64,000 nt of DNA from Eledone cirrhosa. Taxonomy: Eukaryota. Below are positions 37,601 to 51,062 of the stretch, in pieces (the first letter of the stretch is position 1; each line of letters opens with the position of its first letter). The notes below the pieces were generated by a model. That model had not been told where the DNA came from, did not search any database, and worked only from the letters and a program-made list of their open reading frames with translations. Location: the NCBI GenBank assembly GCA_964016885.1, contig OZ024740.1:152458001-152522000 (forward strand), written 5' to 3'. A program made the translations under genes and the position numbers.

Positions 37601-40600
37601 ACTAGCATAAGTATACATCTGTATAAATATGTTGGTAGATATACTACTTCTTTATAATTATCTCCGAATTATTTTGTTAAGCAAATATTTCCCTAAATTA
37701 CTACTATGGTTCATAGTATTAAATTTAGCGACTGTCTTTTTAACGTCCACTCCTCACTGATTAACCTCGATGTCACGTGATTGATTCTATTGAAATTGCT
37801 ACTGACCATGAAGGCAGTGAAGTTTTCAATGGCTTGGAATATAGTCCGCGCTAGCTTTTTTCCATCCACTGAATTATTTTTGTATTGGATCCCTGTGTCC
37901 GGGCATCGCCAAGAATCTTAACTGAGAATTGACTCACCCATGAAGAAAGGATTCTCCATGGTCTCCATTTGGAGACTATATATATCCCCTTTCAGAAACT
38001 AATTAATTGGAGTGAAATTTATGTAAGTGAGTTAATTAGTATAATTTTCTTATTTTACGTCTTTTATATAATTGTTCTACATCTCTCTGTATTGAACCAC
38101 AAACATACTAAGACAAAACCTATATCTCTGCTAGCGTAAGTATACAACTGTATAAATATGTTGGTAGATATACTAATACTTTATAATTATCTCCAAATTA
38201 TTTTGTTGAGCAAAAATTTGCCTAAATTACTACTATGGTTCATAATATTATATTTGGCTACTGTCTTTTTAAGACCTCACTCATCACTGATTAATGTCGA
38301 TGTCACGTGGTTGATTCTTTTGAATCTGCCACTGACCATGAAGGCAGTGAAATTTTCAATTGCTTGGAATATAGTCCGCGCTAGCTTTTTTCCATCCACT
38401 GAATTATCTTTGTATTGGATCCCTGTGTCCGCGATTCGCCAGGAATCTTAACTGAAAATTGACTCCCTGATGAAGAAAGGATTCTCCGCTGTCTCCATTT
38501 GGAGACTATATATATCCCCTTTCAGAAACTAATTAGTTGGAGTGAAATTTAAGTAAGTGAGTTCATTAGTATAATTTTCTTATTTTACGTCTTTTATATA
38601 ATTGTTCTACATCTCTCTGTATTAAACCACAAACATACTAAGCCAAAACCTATATCTCTGCTAGCGTAAGTATACAACAGTATAAATATGTTGGTAGATA
38701 TACTAATGCTTTATAATTATCTACAAATTATTTTGTTGAACAAAAGTTTGCCTAAATTACTACTATGGTTCATAATATTATATTTGACTACTGTCTTTTT
38801 AAGACCCCACTCATCACTGATTAATGTCGATGTCACGTGGTTGATTCTTTTGAATCTGCCACTGAACATGAAGGCAGTGAAGTTTTCAATGGCTTGGAAT
38901 TTAGTCCGCGCTAGATTTTTTCCATCCACTGCATTATTTTTGTATTGGATGCCTGTGTCCGCGCATCGCCAGGATTCTTAACCGAAAATTGATTCCCTGA
39001 GGAAGAAAGGATTATCCATGTTCTCCATTTGGAGACTATGTATATCCCCTTTCAGAAACTAATTAGTTGGAGTGAAATTTAAGTAAGAGAGTTAATTACT
39101 ATAATTTTCTTATTTTACGTCTTTTATATAATTGTTCTACATCTCTCTGTATTGAACCACAAACATACTAAGACAAAACCTATATCTCTGCTAGCGTAAG
39201 TATACAACTGTATAAATATGTTGGTAGATATACTAATACTTTATAATTATCTCCAAATTATTTTGTTGAGCAAAAATTTGCCTAAATTACTACTATGGTT
39301 CATAATATTATATTTGGCTACTGTCTTTTTAAGACCCCACTCATCACTGATTAATGTCGATGTCACGTGGTTGATTCTTTTGAATCTGCCACTGACCCTG
39401 AAGGCAGTTAAATTTTCAATGGCTTGGAATTTAGTCCGCGTTAGATTTTTTCCATACACTGAATTATTTTTGTATTGGATCCCTGTGTCCGCGCATCGCC
39501 AGGAATATTAACCGAAAATTGATTCCCTGCGGAAGAAAGGATTATCCATGTTCGCCATTTGGAGACTATGTATATCCCCTTTTAGAAACTAATTAGTTGG
39601 AGTGAAATTTAAGTAAGCGAGTTTATTACTATAATTTTCTTATTTTACGTCTTTTATATAATTGTTCTACATCTCTCTGTATTGAACCACAAAGTTACTA
39701 AGACAAAACCTATATCTCTACTAGCGTAAGTATACATCTGTATAAATATGTTGGTAGATATACTACTTCTTTATAATTATCTCCGAATTATTTTGTTAAG
39801 CAAATATTTCCCTAAATTACTACTATGGTTCATAGTATTAAATTTAGCTACTGTCTTTTTAACGCCCACTCCTCACTGATTAACCTCGATGTCACGTGAT
39901 TGATTCTATTGAAATTGCTACTGACCACGAAGGCAGTGAAGTTTTCAATGGCTTGGAATATAGTCTGCGCTAGCTTTTTTCCATCCACTGAATTATTTTT
40001 GTATTGGATCCCTGTGTCCGGGCATCGCCAAGAATCTTAACTGAGAATTGACTCACCCATGAAGAAAGGATTATCCATGGTCTCCATTTGGAGACTATAT
40101 ATATCCCCTTTCAGAAACTAATTAATTGGAGTGAAATTTATGTAAGTGAGTTAATTAGTATAATTTTCTTATTTTACGTCTTTTATATAATTGTTCTACA
40201 TCTCTCTGTATTGAACCACAAACATACTAAGACAAAACCTATATCTCTGCTAGCGTAAGTATACAACTGTATAAATATGTTGGTAGATATACTACTTCTT
40301 TATAATTATCTCCAAATTATTTTGTTGAGCAAAAATTTGCCTAAATTACTACTATGGTTCATAATATTATATTTGGTTACTGTCTTTTTAAGACCTCACT
40401 CATCACTGATTAATGTCGATGTCACGTGGTTGATTCTTTTGAATCTGCCCCTGACCATGAAGGCAGTGAAATTTTCAATTGCTTGGAATATAGTCCGTGC
40501 TAGCTTTTTTCCATCCACTGAATTATTTTTGTATTGGATCCCTGTGTCCGCGCATCGCCACGAATCTTAACCGAAAATTGACTCCCTGATGAAGAAAGGA

Positions 40601-41355
40601 TTCTCCGTTGTATCCATTTGGAGACTATATATATCCCCTTTCAGAAACTAATTAGTTGGAGTGAAATTTATGTAATTGAGTTAATTAGTATAATTTTCTT
40701 ATTTTACGTCTTTTATATGATTGTTCTACATCTCTTTGTATTGAACCACAAAGGTACTAAGAGAAAACCTATATCTCTGCGAGCGTAAGTATACATCTGT
40801 ATAAATATGTTGGTAGATATACTAATTCTTTATAATTATCTCGAAATTATTATGTTGACCAAATATTTTCCTAAATTACTACTATGGTTCATAGTATTAT
40901 ATTTGGCTACTCTCTTCTTAACAACCTACTCCTCATTGCTTACCCTCGATGTCACGTGATTGATTCTTTTGAAATTGCCACTGACCATGAAGGCAGTGAA
41001 GTTTTCAATGGCTTGGAATTTAGTCCACGCTAGCATTTCCATACACTGAATTATTTTTGTATTGGATCCTCGTGTCCGCGCATCGCCAGGAATCTTAACT
41101 GAGAATTGACTCGCTGATGAAGCAAGGATTGTCCATGGTCTCCATTTGGAGACTATATATATCCCTTTTCAGAAACTAATTAGTTGGAGTGAAATTTAAG
41201 TAAGTGAGTTAATTAATATAATTTTCTTATTTTACGTCTTTTATATAATTGTTCTACATCTCTTTGTATTGAACCACAAAGGTACTAAGACAAAACCTAT
41301 ATCTCTGCTAGCGTAAGTATACATCTGTATAAATATGTTTGTAGATATACTAATT

Positions 41356-41362
<7 letters not shown>
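34674..41362 (+). repeat. Tandem array of ~12.6 x ~530-bp hammerhead-containing monomer (retrozyme-like), diverged copies
   Basis: HHR core positions at 34760, 35289, 35819, 36347, 36876, 37406, 37937, 38467, 38997, 39527, 40056, 40586 and 41114; TA tracts at both ends. Confidence 0.95.
34755..34836 (+). ncRNA. Type I hammerhead ribozyme with 51-nt helix II (first of 13)
   Basis: actcc-CTGAAGA-agaaagg..catggtctcca-ttt-ggagactatg..cctttca-GAAA-ctaattag-TT-ggagt. Confidence 0.85.
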
Positions 41363-41437
<75 letters not shown>

Positions 41438-41550
41438 ATGTTTAACCTCGACGGCAGAGCTCAAGCCGTTTCGATGTATATATATATATATACGTTTTGA
41501 TGTATATATATATATATATGTATATATGTGTGTGTTTGTGTGTGTACATA

Positions 41551-41638
<88 letters not shown>

Positions 41639-42169
41639 TAGTTACATTCTCTCATGTAATTATTTGTATTTTTGTTCACCATTGTGTTTATGTACAAGTT
41701 GCGCGTGTGTGCAAGCGTGTGTTTGTATTTAAACTTTATTATTTTTTGTCTTTTTGTTTGTTTACTTTTTCGCCTGTCTGGACATTTAGATACGTATATC
41801 CCAAAATGTGCTTATGTCTGTATACTCACGAAAGTATATGTGTGTATGCATATGTGTATGCATGTGTGTATATGTGTGTATGCTTGTGGGGATGTATGTG
41901 TATTCATATATATATATACATATATATATAATATATATATCCACATATATATATATATATATGTGTTTGTATGTGTGTGTATGTGTGTGTGCATGTATAT
42001 ATATTTTTGTTTTGTATGTGTGTATGCATGTGTATATGTACGTGTGTATGTATGAATGTGTATATGTACGTGTGAATGTATGTATGTATATATGAGTGTG
42101 TATGTACTTATTGTTTTGTGTATGTATGTGTGTGAGTATAAGTATATATGTGGGTGGGTATATATGTGT

Positions 42170-42857
<688 letters not shown>

Positions 42858-42941
42858 AAAAGGTAAACAGAAATAATAACACAATCGGTACAGTATATGG
42901 AAGGTATATATTAGTTAACGCTTGATATAGCAGGAAGAGGG

Positions 42942-42977
42942 TCTTAACGTTTCGGACGCTAGTCCTTCATCAGAAGA
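42942..42977 (-). ncRNA. Canonical minimal PLE hammerhead ribozyme
   Basis: Reverse complement tctt-CTGATGA-a-ggac-tagc-gtcc-GAAA-cg-TT-aaga, downstream of the PLE ORF. Confidence 0.88.
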
Positions 42978-44122
42978 AAGAATGAGATTTAAAATAGATT
43001 CAGGGGACGGGCGGGATGGAATTGGAAAAAAATTTCTTTAGATAAAAATAACAGGTCCATTCATGTTGATATCTCTTGCAAAACTGTTGGTGCTGGCGTT
43101 TTGTGTATGATTTGTTTTTTTTTAGAAAAGTGGAAGATGGAGCGCGTCTACTTGAGATGGAAAAAAAAAATATTTTGTAAAAAGAGCTATACTTGAGCAC
43201 GTTCGTATCATGTGTGTGTGTGGGGGGGGGTTGTTATAGGTTCGTACGAAGCTAAGAAGAAATGTGCGTGTATATGTGAGTAAAAGAGTGTGTGTGCATG
43301 TAAGTACGAATCTATGAGCAAAAGTATGTTAATATAAGGGTGTGTATCGGCATGTATTAGTTGTTCGAGAAGCTGCTAATGATCAAGAAAAAGCGATAGG
43401 AATCTAGAGGTGTGATAATGGACGGGGTATTAGAGAAATTGGGGAGGTGAGTTGCGTCCAAGAGGGGAATAGTATCCAAGACGGTGAATCAGACTTTGTT
43501 CAGTCCTGGTGCGCGAGCCCTGTGATCCATGATGTAAAAGGACACCCAGGACTGAAACATGTAGGGAAGAATGACCAGGAGAACAGAAATAACGGGCGAC
43601 AGGAGTATCCAAACCGAGTCTGATATCCCTCAAATGTTCGGCAAAATGGTCCACCGTACGGCGTACCGTTTGTCCGATATATAAAGACCCGCAAAGGGAA
43701 CACTAGAGGGCATAGACAACGTGGGTGGATGTGCAGGTAAACGAGTGGCGGATACGGAAAGACCCGTTAGGGCCTGTAAGAGTGGTGAGGGTGGAAATGA
43801 AGGGACAAGTGTTGCAGCGGGAACGGGAACAAGGATGAGAGTCGAGTGAAGTCGTGGGAGAGGACGAGAAGGAACTGCGAACCAGGAGGTCGCGGAGGTT
43901 GCGGGCGCGCTTGAAAGCAGTAATGGGTGGGTTTGGGAAAAAGCGAGAAGTGACGAAATCAGAAGAGAGGATACGGAACGAACGGAGGATATGTCGCTGG
44001 AGTGGTAGGGTGAGGGGGTGGTAGGTGAGAGGGAAAGGACTACGGTTGTTTGGAGGGCGCGAGTGAGGTAGAAGGGTTGTGGTACGGTCTGTTTCACGGG
44101 CGCGGGTGAGAGCAGCATGGAT

Positions 44123-44890
44123 CTAGGTGGGGAGATATCCACGCTGGATGAAGCAGGAAGCCATGCGAAGGGAGTGGGTTTCGAAATCGTCTTCCTGGCT
44201 ACAGAGCCGACGAAGACGGAGGAATTGGGAATAGTGTATGGAGTGTTTGGTGTGGGTTGGTTGGGAGGAGGTGAAGTCGAGATTAGACTGGGAGTCTGTT
44301 GGTTTAATGTAGATGGAAGTAGAGAGGGTGTGGTGAGAGTGATTAATAGATAGAAAGATATCTAGAAAAGTGACAGAATAATCGGAGACGGAGGCGGTGA
44401 AATTGAGAGCAGGGTGGAAAGATTGGACAAAAGAAAGAAAGCAGTCGAGCTGTTCTCGTGATAGAGAGGTGGCGTCGATACAGTCGTCGATATAACGACT
44501 GTATAGCTCAGGAGTCGGTCCAGCGTACTGGAAGAAGATCTGGGCTTCTACGTAGCCAACAAACAAGTAGGCATAGTTTGGACCCATTCTGGTTCCCATC
44601 ACTACCCCAGAGACCTGCTGATAAAATTCACCGGAAAAAGAAAAGCCATTGAGGGTGAGAACAAGCTCAGCCAGACGAAGAAGAGTGGTAGTGCTGGGGT
44701 AAAGGGTAGGGTGTAAATCTAAAAAACGTTGGAGAGCGCGGAGGCCGTCATGATGAGGGATGGCCGTATAGAGAGAGGTGATGTCCAGGGTAAAGAGAAT
44801 GCGGAAGGGAACAGCAGGGAAGGAGCAGGAGTTGAAGAGTCTAAGGGCATGATTTGTATCGTGGATGTGGGAGGGCAGATTGCCGACCAA
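44123..44890 (-). pseudogene. PLE reverse transcriptase core fragment
   Basis: 255-aa ORF with RT motifs including YIDD; flanking frames broken. Confidence 0.9.
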
Positions 44891-45399
44891 CGAGGCGAGG
44901 ATGGTGTCTATATATTAAGAAATGATCTCGGTGGGGCAGTTGGACGCAGAAACGATATAACGGCCGGGATTATTTTGTTTGTGTATTTTGGGAAGGAAGT
45001 AGATGGTGGGTGTGCGAGGGGTGCGTACAATAAGGTTGGTGGTTGTGGGGTAGGAGAGAGGAGAAGATGAGCTCGTGGATGGTGGAGGATACGAGTTGTT
45101 GGTAGCCAGGAGTGGGGTCGGAGGATAAAGGGTGGTAAAAAAAGGTTATTGTGAAGCTGGAAGAGAGCTTCAGCCCTATAGAGGTCAGCGATCCAAACCA
45201 CCATCTTTGTCAGCGGGTTTGATGACAATGTCATCGTGACGCCGAAGGCTGCGAAAGGCGAAGAGCTCAGTCCGCGTGATATTAGAGCGACGAGAATGCT
45301 GGTGGAAACGGAACCGATTCACAGTACACCGGCAAGTATCGACAAAGGAGTCGAGGGTGCTGAACTGGCCAGAGCTCGGCATATATGTATATATATACA

Positions 45400-45520
45400 T
45401 GAAGGCTTGTGGCTGAGTGATTAGAGAACTGGATTCGTAATTGTGAGGTTGTGAGTTCGATTCCTGGACCGAGCGATGCGTTATGTCCTTGATCAAGACA
45501 ATTTATTTCACGTTGCTCCT
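45400..45520 (+). mobile_element. tRNA-derived SINE head (family B)
   Basis: A-box-like gtggctgagtga, B box gagttcgattcc, then gtccttgatcaagaca..tttcacgttgctcc. Confidence 0.7.
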
Positions 45521-45680
45521 TCTACCTGGAGTTGCGACCGATAGATGGTATTAACAATTGGAAAGACCAACTGAAACATTGTTTCTTCGGTCCGATTTGA
45601 CGAAAGTCGATCGACAAATATATATACATGCATGCTGGTATATATGATTTATCAAATTGGAACCATCTTACGGTTCTTTC

Positions 45681-45835
45681 GCCATGCTTTCCAGCATAGT
45701 TACCTCCCTTTACGGTCTGAGTTGAAATCCCGCCGAGGTTTACTTTGCCTTTCATCCTTACGAGGTCTATAAAATAAAGTACCAGTAATGTACTGGGTAA
45801 TTGCTGGCCTTGTGCCAAAGTAGAAACAATTATTA
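45681..45835 (+). mobile_element. SINE family A, 5'-truncated
   Basis: Matches 32973-33165. Confidence 0.85.
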
Positions 45836-46708
45836 ACAGAAACGATCCATGGATGTTCTGCAAGCAAGGTAACTTAACACTCCTCAGGTCTTGCTTCTGT
45901 GTATAATTGTGATTAATGCTTAGCAATACGTGGTGGAATTTCTTTTCTCTGCTATGATGAATACCTGGCAGTAAATATAACATTGATATTCTTTTGATTT
46001 TTTTATGTAACCCACACAAAGCATAATAAGACCTTGTTATCACAAATGCATCGATTTATTCTTAATCCACGTTCTACACCACGAAGACATGTGACGTAGT
46101 GGCTCTAGATTCTTCGGCTAGGTGGCGCATTGTGTTCTAGAGTAAGACCCTTCACTTTATGTTGGTTTTCACGACAGCTCGGTTTTCATCATTAAAACAA
46201 CGAATGAACTGGAACCTTGTAGGAGTCCAACAAAACAAGTATAGATGTGAGTAGTAAATTTCATCATTTTGCAATACTCTACAACAGTGGTTACTAAATT
46301 TAGTTTGTCGTTAAAACCTACTATTTCACAAAAATCGCAGAACACAGCCTATAGTTTTTCGACAATTACCATCACTCTAATCTTAATATTAAATGACAAA
46401 AAAAAAAATGTTACAAAAAAAGAATTTATTAAAAAAGTATAAGTAAATAAAAAATTGACATCATATATTTTTATCAAATGTTCTGCTAGTGCAAAACCGT
46501 CGAATATATTCGCGGAAACAACTTTGGGAAACAAATCTACTTCAAATCGTTTGTGTGTGGGACTTTGCTTGTTCAGTGTAAAGTAGTGATGATGATTGAT
46601 CATCTGTCGGTTTAGATGATGAGCATTCAACTTTTCTATAGACAGAACAGATTACATATGAAATTAACGAGCAACTAGTTGAGTTTTCCACAGACACGTG
46701 TAACATTT

Positions 46709-46904
46709 ATGATGATGATGATCATGATTATTATGATGATGATCATGATTATGATGGTGATGATGATGAGGATGAGGATGAGGATGAGGATGAGGACGAT
46801 GGTAACGGTGATGATGATAATTACGTTAATGATTATTACGATGATGATGATGGTGATTGTTCAAACGATAATTATGATGATGACGACGACGATGGTAATG
46901 ATGG

Positions 46905-46950
<46 letters not shown>

Positions 46951-47053
46951 AATGATGATGATGATGGTGATGATGATGGTGATGATGCTGGTGATGGTGA
47001 TGATGATGATTATGATGTAGATGATGATGATGATGGTGATGATGATGATGATG
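46709..47053. repeat. (GAT)n-rich microsatellite
   Basis: Direct reading. Confidence 0.95.
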
Positions 47054-47465
47054 AGGAGGAGGAGGAGAGGAGGGGGATGGGGAGGCAGTAGGAGAGAGAG
47101 GAGTGTGGTACGAAATCAACCCCTACATGTGCGCATGTGTGTTAATGAATGAATATAAACATTCAAACACACTGCTTGCAACCATTTTGACATGCCTGTG
47201 ACAGATTCTTTGAAGTTCTAGCCAAGCAAATATTAGCGGTATCCTCTCATCATTATGTAAATAATCTTAGAGGCAGAGAAGAGGAACAAGACAGGGTGAC
47301 AGAGAGAAAGAGAGAGAGAGAGAATGAGAGAGAGAGAGTGTGTGTGTGTATTGGGAGAGAGATAAGGAGGGATAAATTATGATGGAAATTAAAAAATACT
47401 CTCTGAATCTATTAATTATTATTTTTTTCATTAATTTCATTTCACCCCTTCTCTCTCTTTTCCTA

Positions 47466-47538
<73 letters not shown>

Positions 47539-47626
47539 GTATATATATATGTATATATATATATGTCTGTGTGTGTGTGTGTGTGTCTGTGTGTGTGTGT
47601 ATATACAAACACTCACACACATATAC

Positions 47627-47677
<51 letters not shown>

Positions 47678-48099
47678 CACACACACATATATATATATAT
47701 ATACATACATAGCTATCTCTACACCTCCCTACTAGCTAGCTTTCTCTCCGATTTACCCTCTTTCTCTTTTTCCCTTACTCCCTCCTCTCTCTCTCTCTCT
47801 TTCTCTTATCAGTTCTCTTTTTTTTTCTTTTCCTTTCTTTCGCTGTCTCTTATGCTTTCTATTTCTATATTAGTCTTACTGTCTTTCTAGTTTTCTCTCT
47901 CACCCCTCTCTATCTTTCACTCTGACACTCTGCCTCCTCTCTAAAAAGACAGCATTATAAAAATAATTCTGGAAATTATGGTCAGTTGTAACATTCTTCA
48001 GCCATTTATCAATTCATTCATGAAAACAAACTTCTTCTTTAATTTCCTGCTGTAAAATTCTTGAGGGCCGCAAATCAAGCTCAGAAACAAGCCACTAAT

Positions 48100-48100
48100 T

Positions 48101-48136
<36 letters not shown>

Positions 48137-48442
48137 ATGAAAGAAAGAAAGAAAGAAAGAATGAAAGAAAGAAAGAAAGAAAGAAAGAAGGAAGGAAAGA
48201 AAGAAATTAAAAAAAGAAAAATGAAAGAAAGGGAGAAGGAAAGATAGAATGGTAGAAAAAAGAAAGAAACAAGAAAGAAATGAAGAAGAAAATAAAGAAA
48301 GCAAGAAAAAAAAAGGAAGAAGGAAAGAAAGAAAGAAAAAGAAAGAAAGGAAGAAGAATAAAATAAAGAAAGAAAGAAAAAGAGAAAGTAAGAAAAAAAG
48401 AAAGAAAGGAAGAAGGAAATAAATAAATAAAGAAAGAAAGAA
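48100..48442. repeat. (GAAA)n / purine-rich low-complexity tract
   Basis: Direct reading. Confidence 0.95.
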
Positions 48443-48879
48443 ATATTTTTAAAATGACAATCCAACAAAGTCTACGTCATTTTGTCCGGCATTTGATTGT
48501 TTTTTGTTTTTTATTTTATATTTTTTATATTTTCGTATATTTACTTTTATTTATATTACTTTAATTTTTCGATATGAATTTTTATTCAGTTATTTTATCT
48601 CTTATATTTATGCAATTTCTATTCATATTATTGTTTGTATTTTATTTTTATATTTATCGATAAATATTTTTATTTATTTTGTATTCATTTTATTTATATT
48701 TATTTTACTAATTTTTCTTGATATGTTTATTTGTTTATATTATTTTTATTTGTATTTGATAACAAAAACCTTGTTAAATCTGACTACAATATGTCACTCT
48801 TCATCTCCTAAGAAATGATAAATAAACATTTGAAACGCAAAAATAAGACATTATTTTGTAAAGTAACCATGCAAGAAAG

Positions 48880-49832
48880 AATTTAATAATTCTTCCTTTA
48901 TTGGCCACTAAGGCCGAACCATAACAGGCAATGTAAAAGAATATGGACAGTGGAGGTTTACATGAAAATTCATGAAATCCAAAGATACGAAATCACTCTA
49001 ATTGCCTAGATCATCATAGGAAAGTGCCATTCTCTTCCCCCCAAATCTCTAGTCTACAGGTACACGATCGGAGTAGGCCTATGCACTGGGGCCATCCTCG
49101 CTATATTCACCCAAATGCACATATTTAACAAATGCACTTTGGGCACCATTCCCCTCACCACCCTCACCCACCTTTCCAAAAGGAACTTGAAAAAGTTGAT
49201 GAGGGCTTGGCTGAAGAGGAAAGAGATTGACTTCAGTCCTTTCAGTTGCCCCCCCCCCCCCTCTAAAAAATCACCAGACAGAGGACAACTACCTGCCCTT
49301 CCGATCAGAGGAAAGCGGTGGGGTGGTATTCACAATGGAATCAGCCTACAGCCAGACGCGTCCTACACGCGATAATAGCTGTTCGACAGAATTCTACAAG
49401 TCAGCAATGCACGGAAACAGGACGTGCGCATGCAGAACGGTTTTATAGCTCAGCTTACATCTCGGACAGGTTCTTCTGAGCGATCTTCCGTACCTGTAGA
49501 GTCTGTTTCGAACCGGCATTTCCACCCCACCCGGTAGTACTGTTAGGACAGCGATTTCTGGAAATTTTCCATAGTCCCATGACCGAAAGTCCTGACTGGA
49601 TAGTTTGTTCTCGTTGACGCCAGAGTTTCTCCGAGAACGTCCTCGCACTTGCTCACCACTAGACCTCTACATAACTTTAACATGGAATTTCCACTGACAG
49701 CATTGTCCGATTGGTAGTAGGCTGAGAGTGGTTGACAAGATTCCAGATGAAAGATGCCCAGTCCCGGTTTTCGCTTGACCCAAGACTGCAGGTCATTCAA
49801 GGAGACGAGCTGTAGAATGGTGTGTCTAATAA
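48880..49832 (-). mobile_element. Tx1/L1-group LINE, 3' part (C-terminal Zn finger), decayed
   Basis: 'MPVRNRLYRYG....TCPRC....TVLH....C..DL' resembles the zf-RVT/CCHC domain. Confidence 0.65.
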
Positions 49833-51062
49833 CACTGGTCCACAACATTTTACCTTTTTTCTACTGACTTAAGTTTGACACTTGTTCTTGAGTAATTTGA
49901 GGCCGCTGAGTTAAAAATGACAATAATTTTTTTCTATCACGTCAAGTTTTTTGTCTATGGGCTGGTCCATATTGGCCCCACCCATAGCAACAGGAGATAT
50001 CTTAGGTAATAATTTATGTTGATATATAGTATTTTATCTTTTTATCTAGTTACACCTAGATATATAAATATATTATATCTAATAATAATGTCCCTCTTTT
50101 CAGATTGATTTTAAGAAATAACACATGTGTTTTGTAGCATGGCTTCATTACGAAGAAAATGTTTGCATTCCTCTGACTCTTTTTGCTATATATGCGGTAG
50201 TTTTACAGTGTCAAGTCAAAGAATGAACATTAGTGAAGCTTAAACTTGGTGATCACAAAAATCGTGGGCCCAGCGCAATGTATGTAAACCATGTGTCAAA
50301 TATCTACGTCAATGGACAAAGGGCACAGGGAAATAACTAGCATTTGGCATTTCTATTATATGGAGAGAGCCAAAGAACCATAGAAAAGATTGCTACTTTT
50401 GTCTCACAAAACCTCAGCTTATAGCAAGAACTCAACTGAAAATAAGTCAACCAAATCTGGGTTCAGCAATTCGTCTCGTGGTTCACTCAGATGAAGTACC
50501 AGTACCTGTTTACACAGAATTTCCTTCACTGGAAGATGAAAGTGATGTATCAGATGAAAACCATGAACATAACAGTGATACAGACATTGTAGATACAGCA
50601 GCCAAGGAACGTGAAAACTTCAACCAGACAGAACTGAATGATTTAGTTAGAGACTTAGGCTTATCAAAAGAGTTATCAGAACTGTTAGTTTCTCGACTTA
50701 AAAAGAAGAATATTCTGCAGAAACAAACAAATGTATTTTTATCGGAACAGGGAAAAAGATCTCTTGGTATACTTTAAAACTGAAAAAGATCTCTTTACTG
50801 TTGTGACGTGGCGGGACTGTTGAAAGCGATAGTTGCTCTATAGTATGATCCGCATGAATGGAGACTCTTTATAGATAGTTCAAAGAAGAGTCTAAAATAT
50901 GTATTATTCCAGAATAGAAACTTGTTAGGTGCAATTCCTATTGGTCACTCTGTGCATTTAAAAGAGAAGCATGAAAACATAAAAAAAACTGTATTAGATT
51001 TACTCAAGTATGATGAAAATAAATGGAACATAAGTGTGGATCTGAAAATGGTTAACCTTTTA
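49833..51062 (+). mobile_element. DNA transposon fragment, probably Chapaev (CMC group), 3'-truncated
   Basis: CACTG start; transposase remnants 'DSFCYICG', 'IWREPKNH..DCYFC', 'ELNDLVRDLGLSKELSELLVSRL', 'EWRLFIDSSKKSLK', 'VDLKMVN'; superfamily assignment from memory. Confidence 0.7.

Larger units (their letters stand above)
42860..45375 (-). mobile_element. Degenerate Penelope-like element, Neptune-type (RT, Zn knuckle, GIY-YIG, 3' HHR)
   Basis: 'IVIKPADK', 'LFTLDITSLYTAIPH', 'YQQVSGVVMGTRMGPNYA', 'RYIDDC', 'FLDI', 'YSQFLRLRRLCS', 'PCSRSRCNTC', 'VVYA..C..C...YIGQT', 'FAEHLRDI'. Confidence 0.92.

Noticed and set aside
35081-40570. Repeated 66-102 aa ORFs on both strands of the 530-bp array as a tandem gene family
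   Set aside because: No recognisable domain, frames broken in several units and overlapping on both strands; the conserved feature is the HHR
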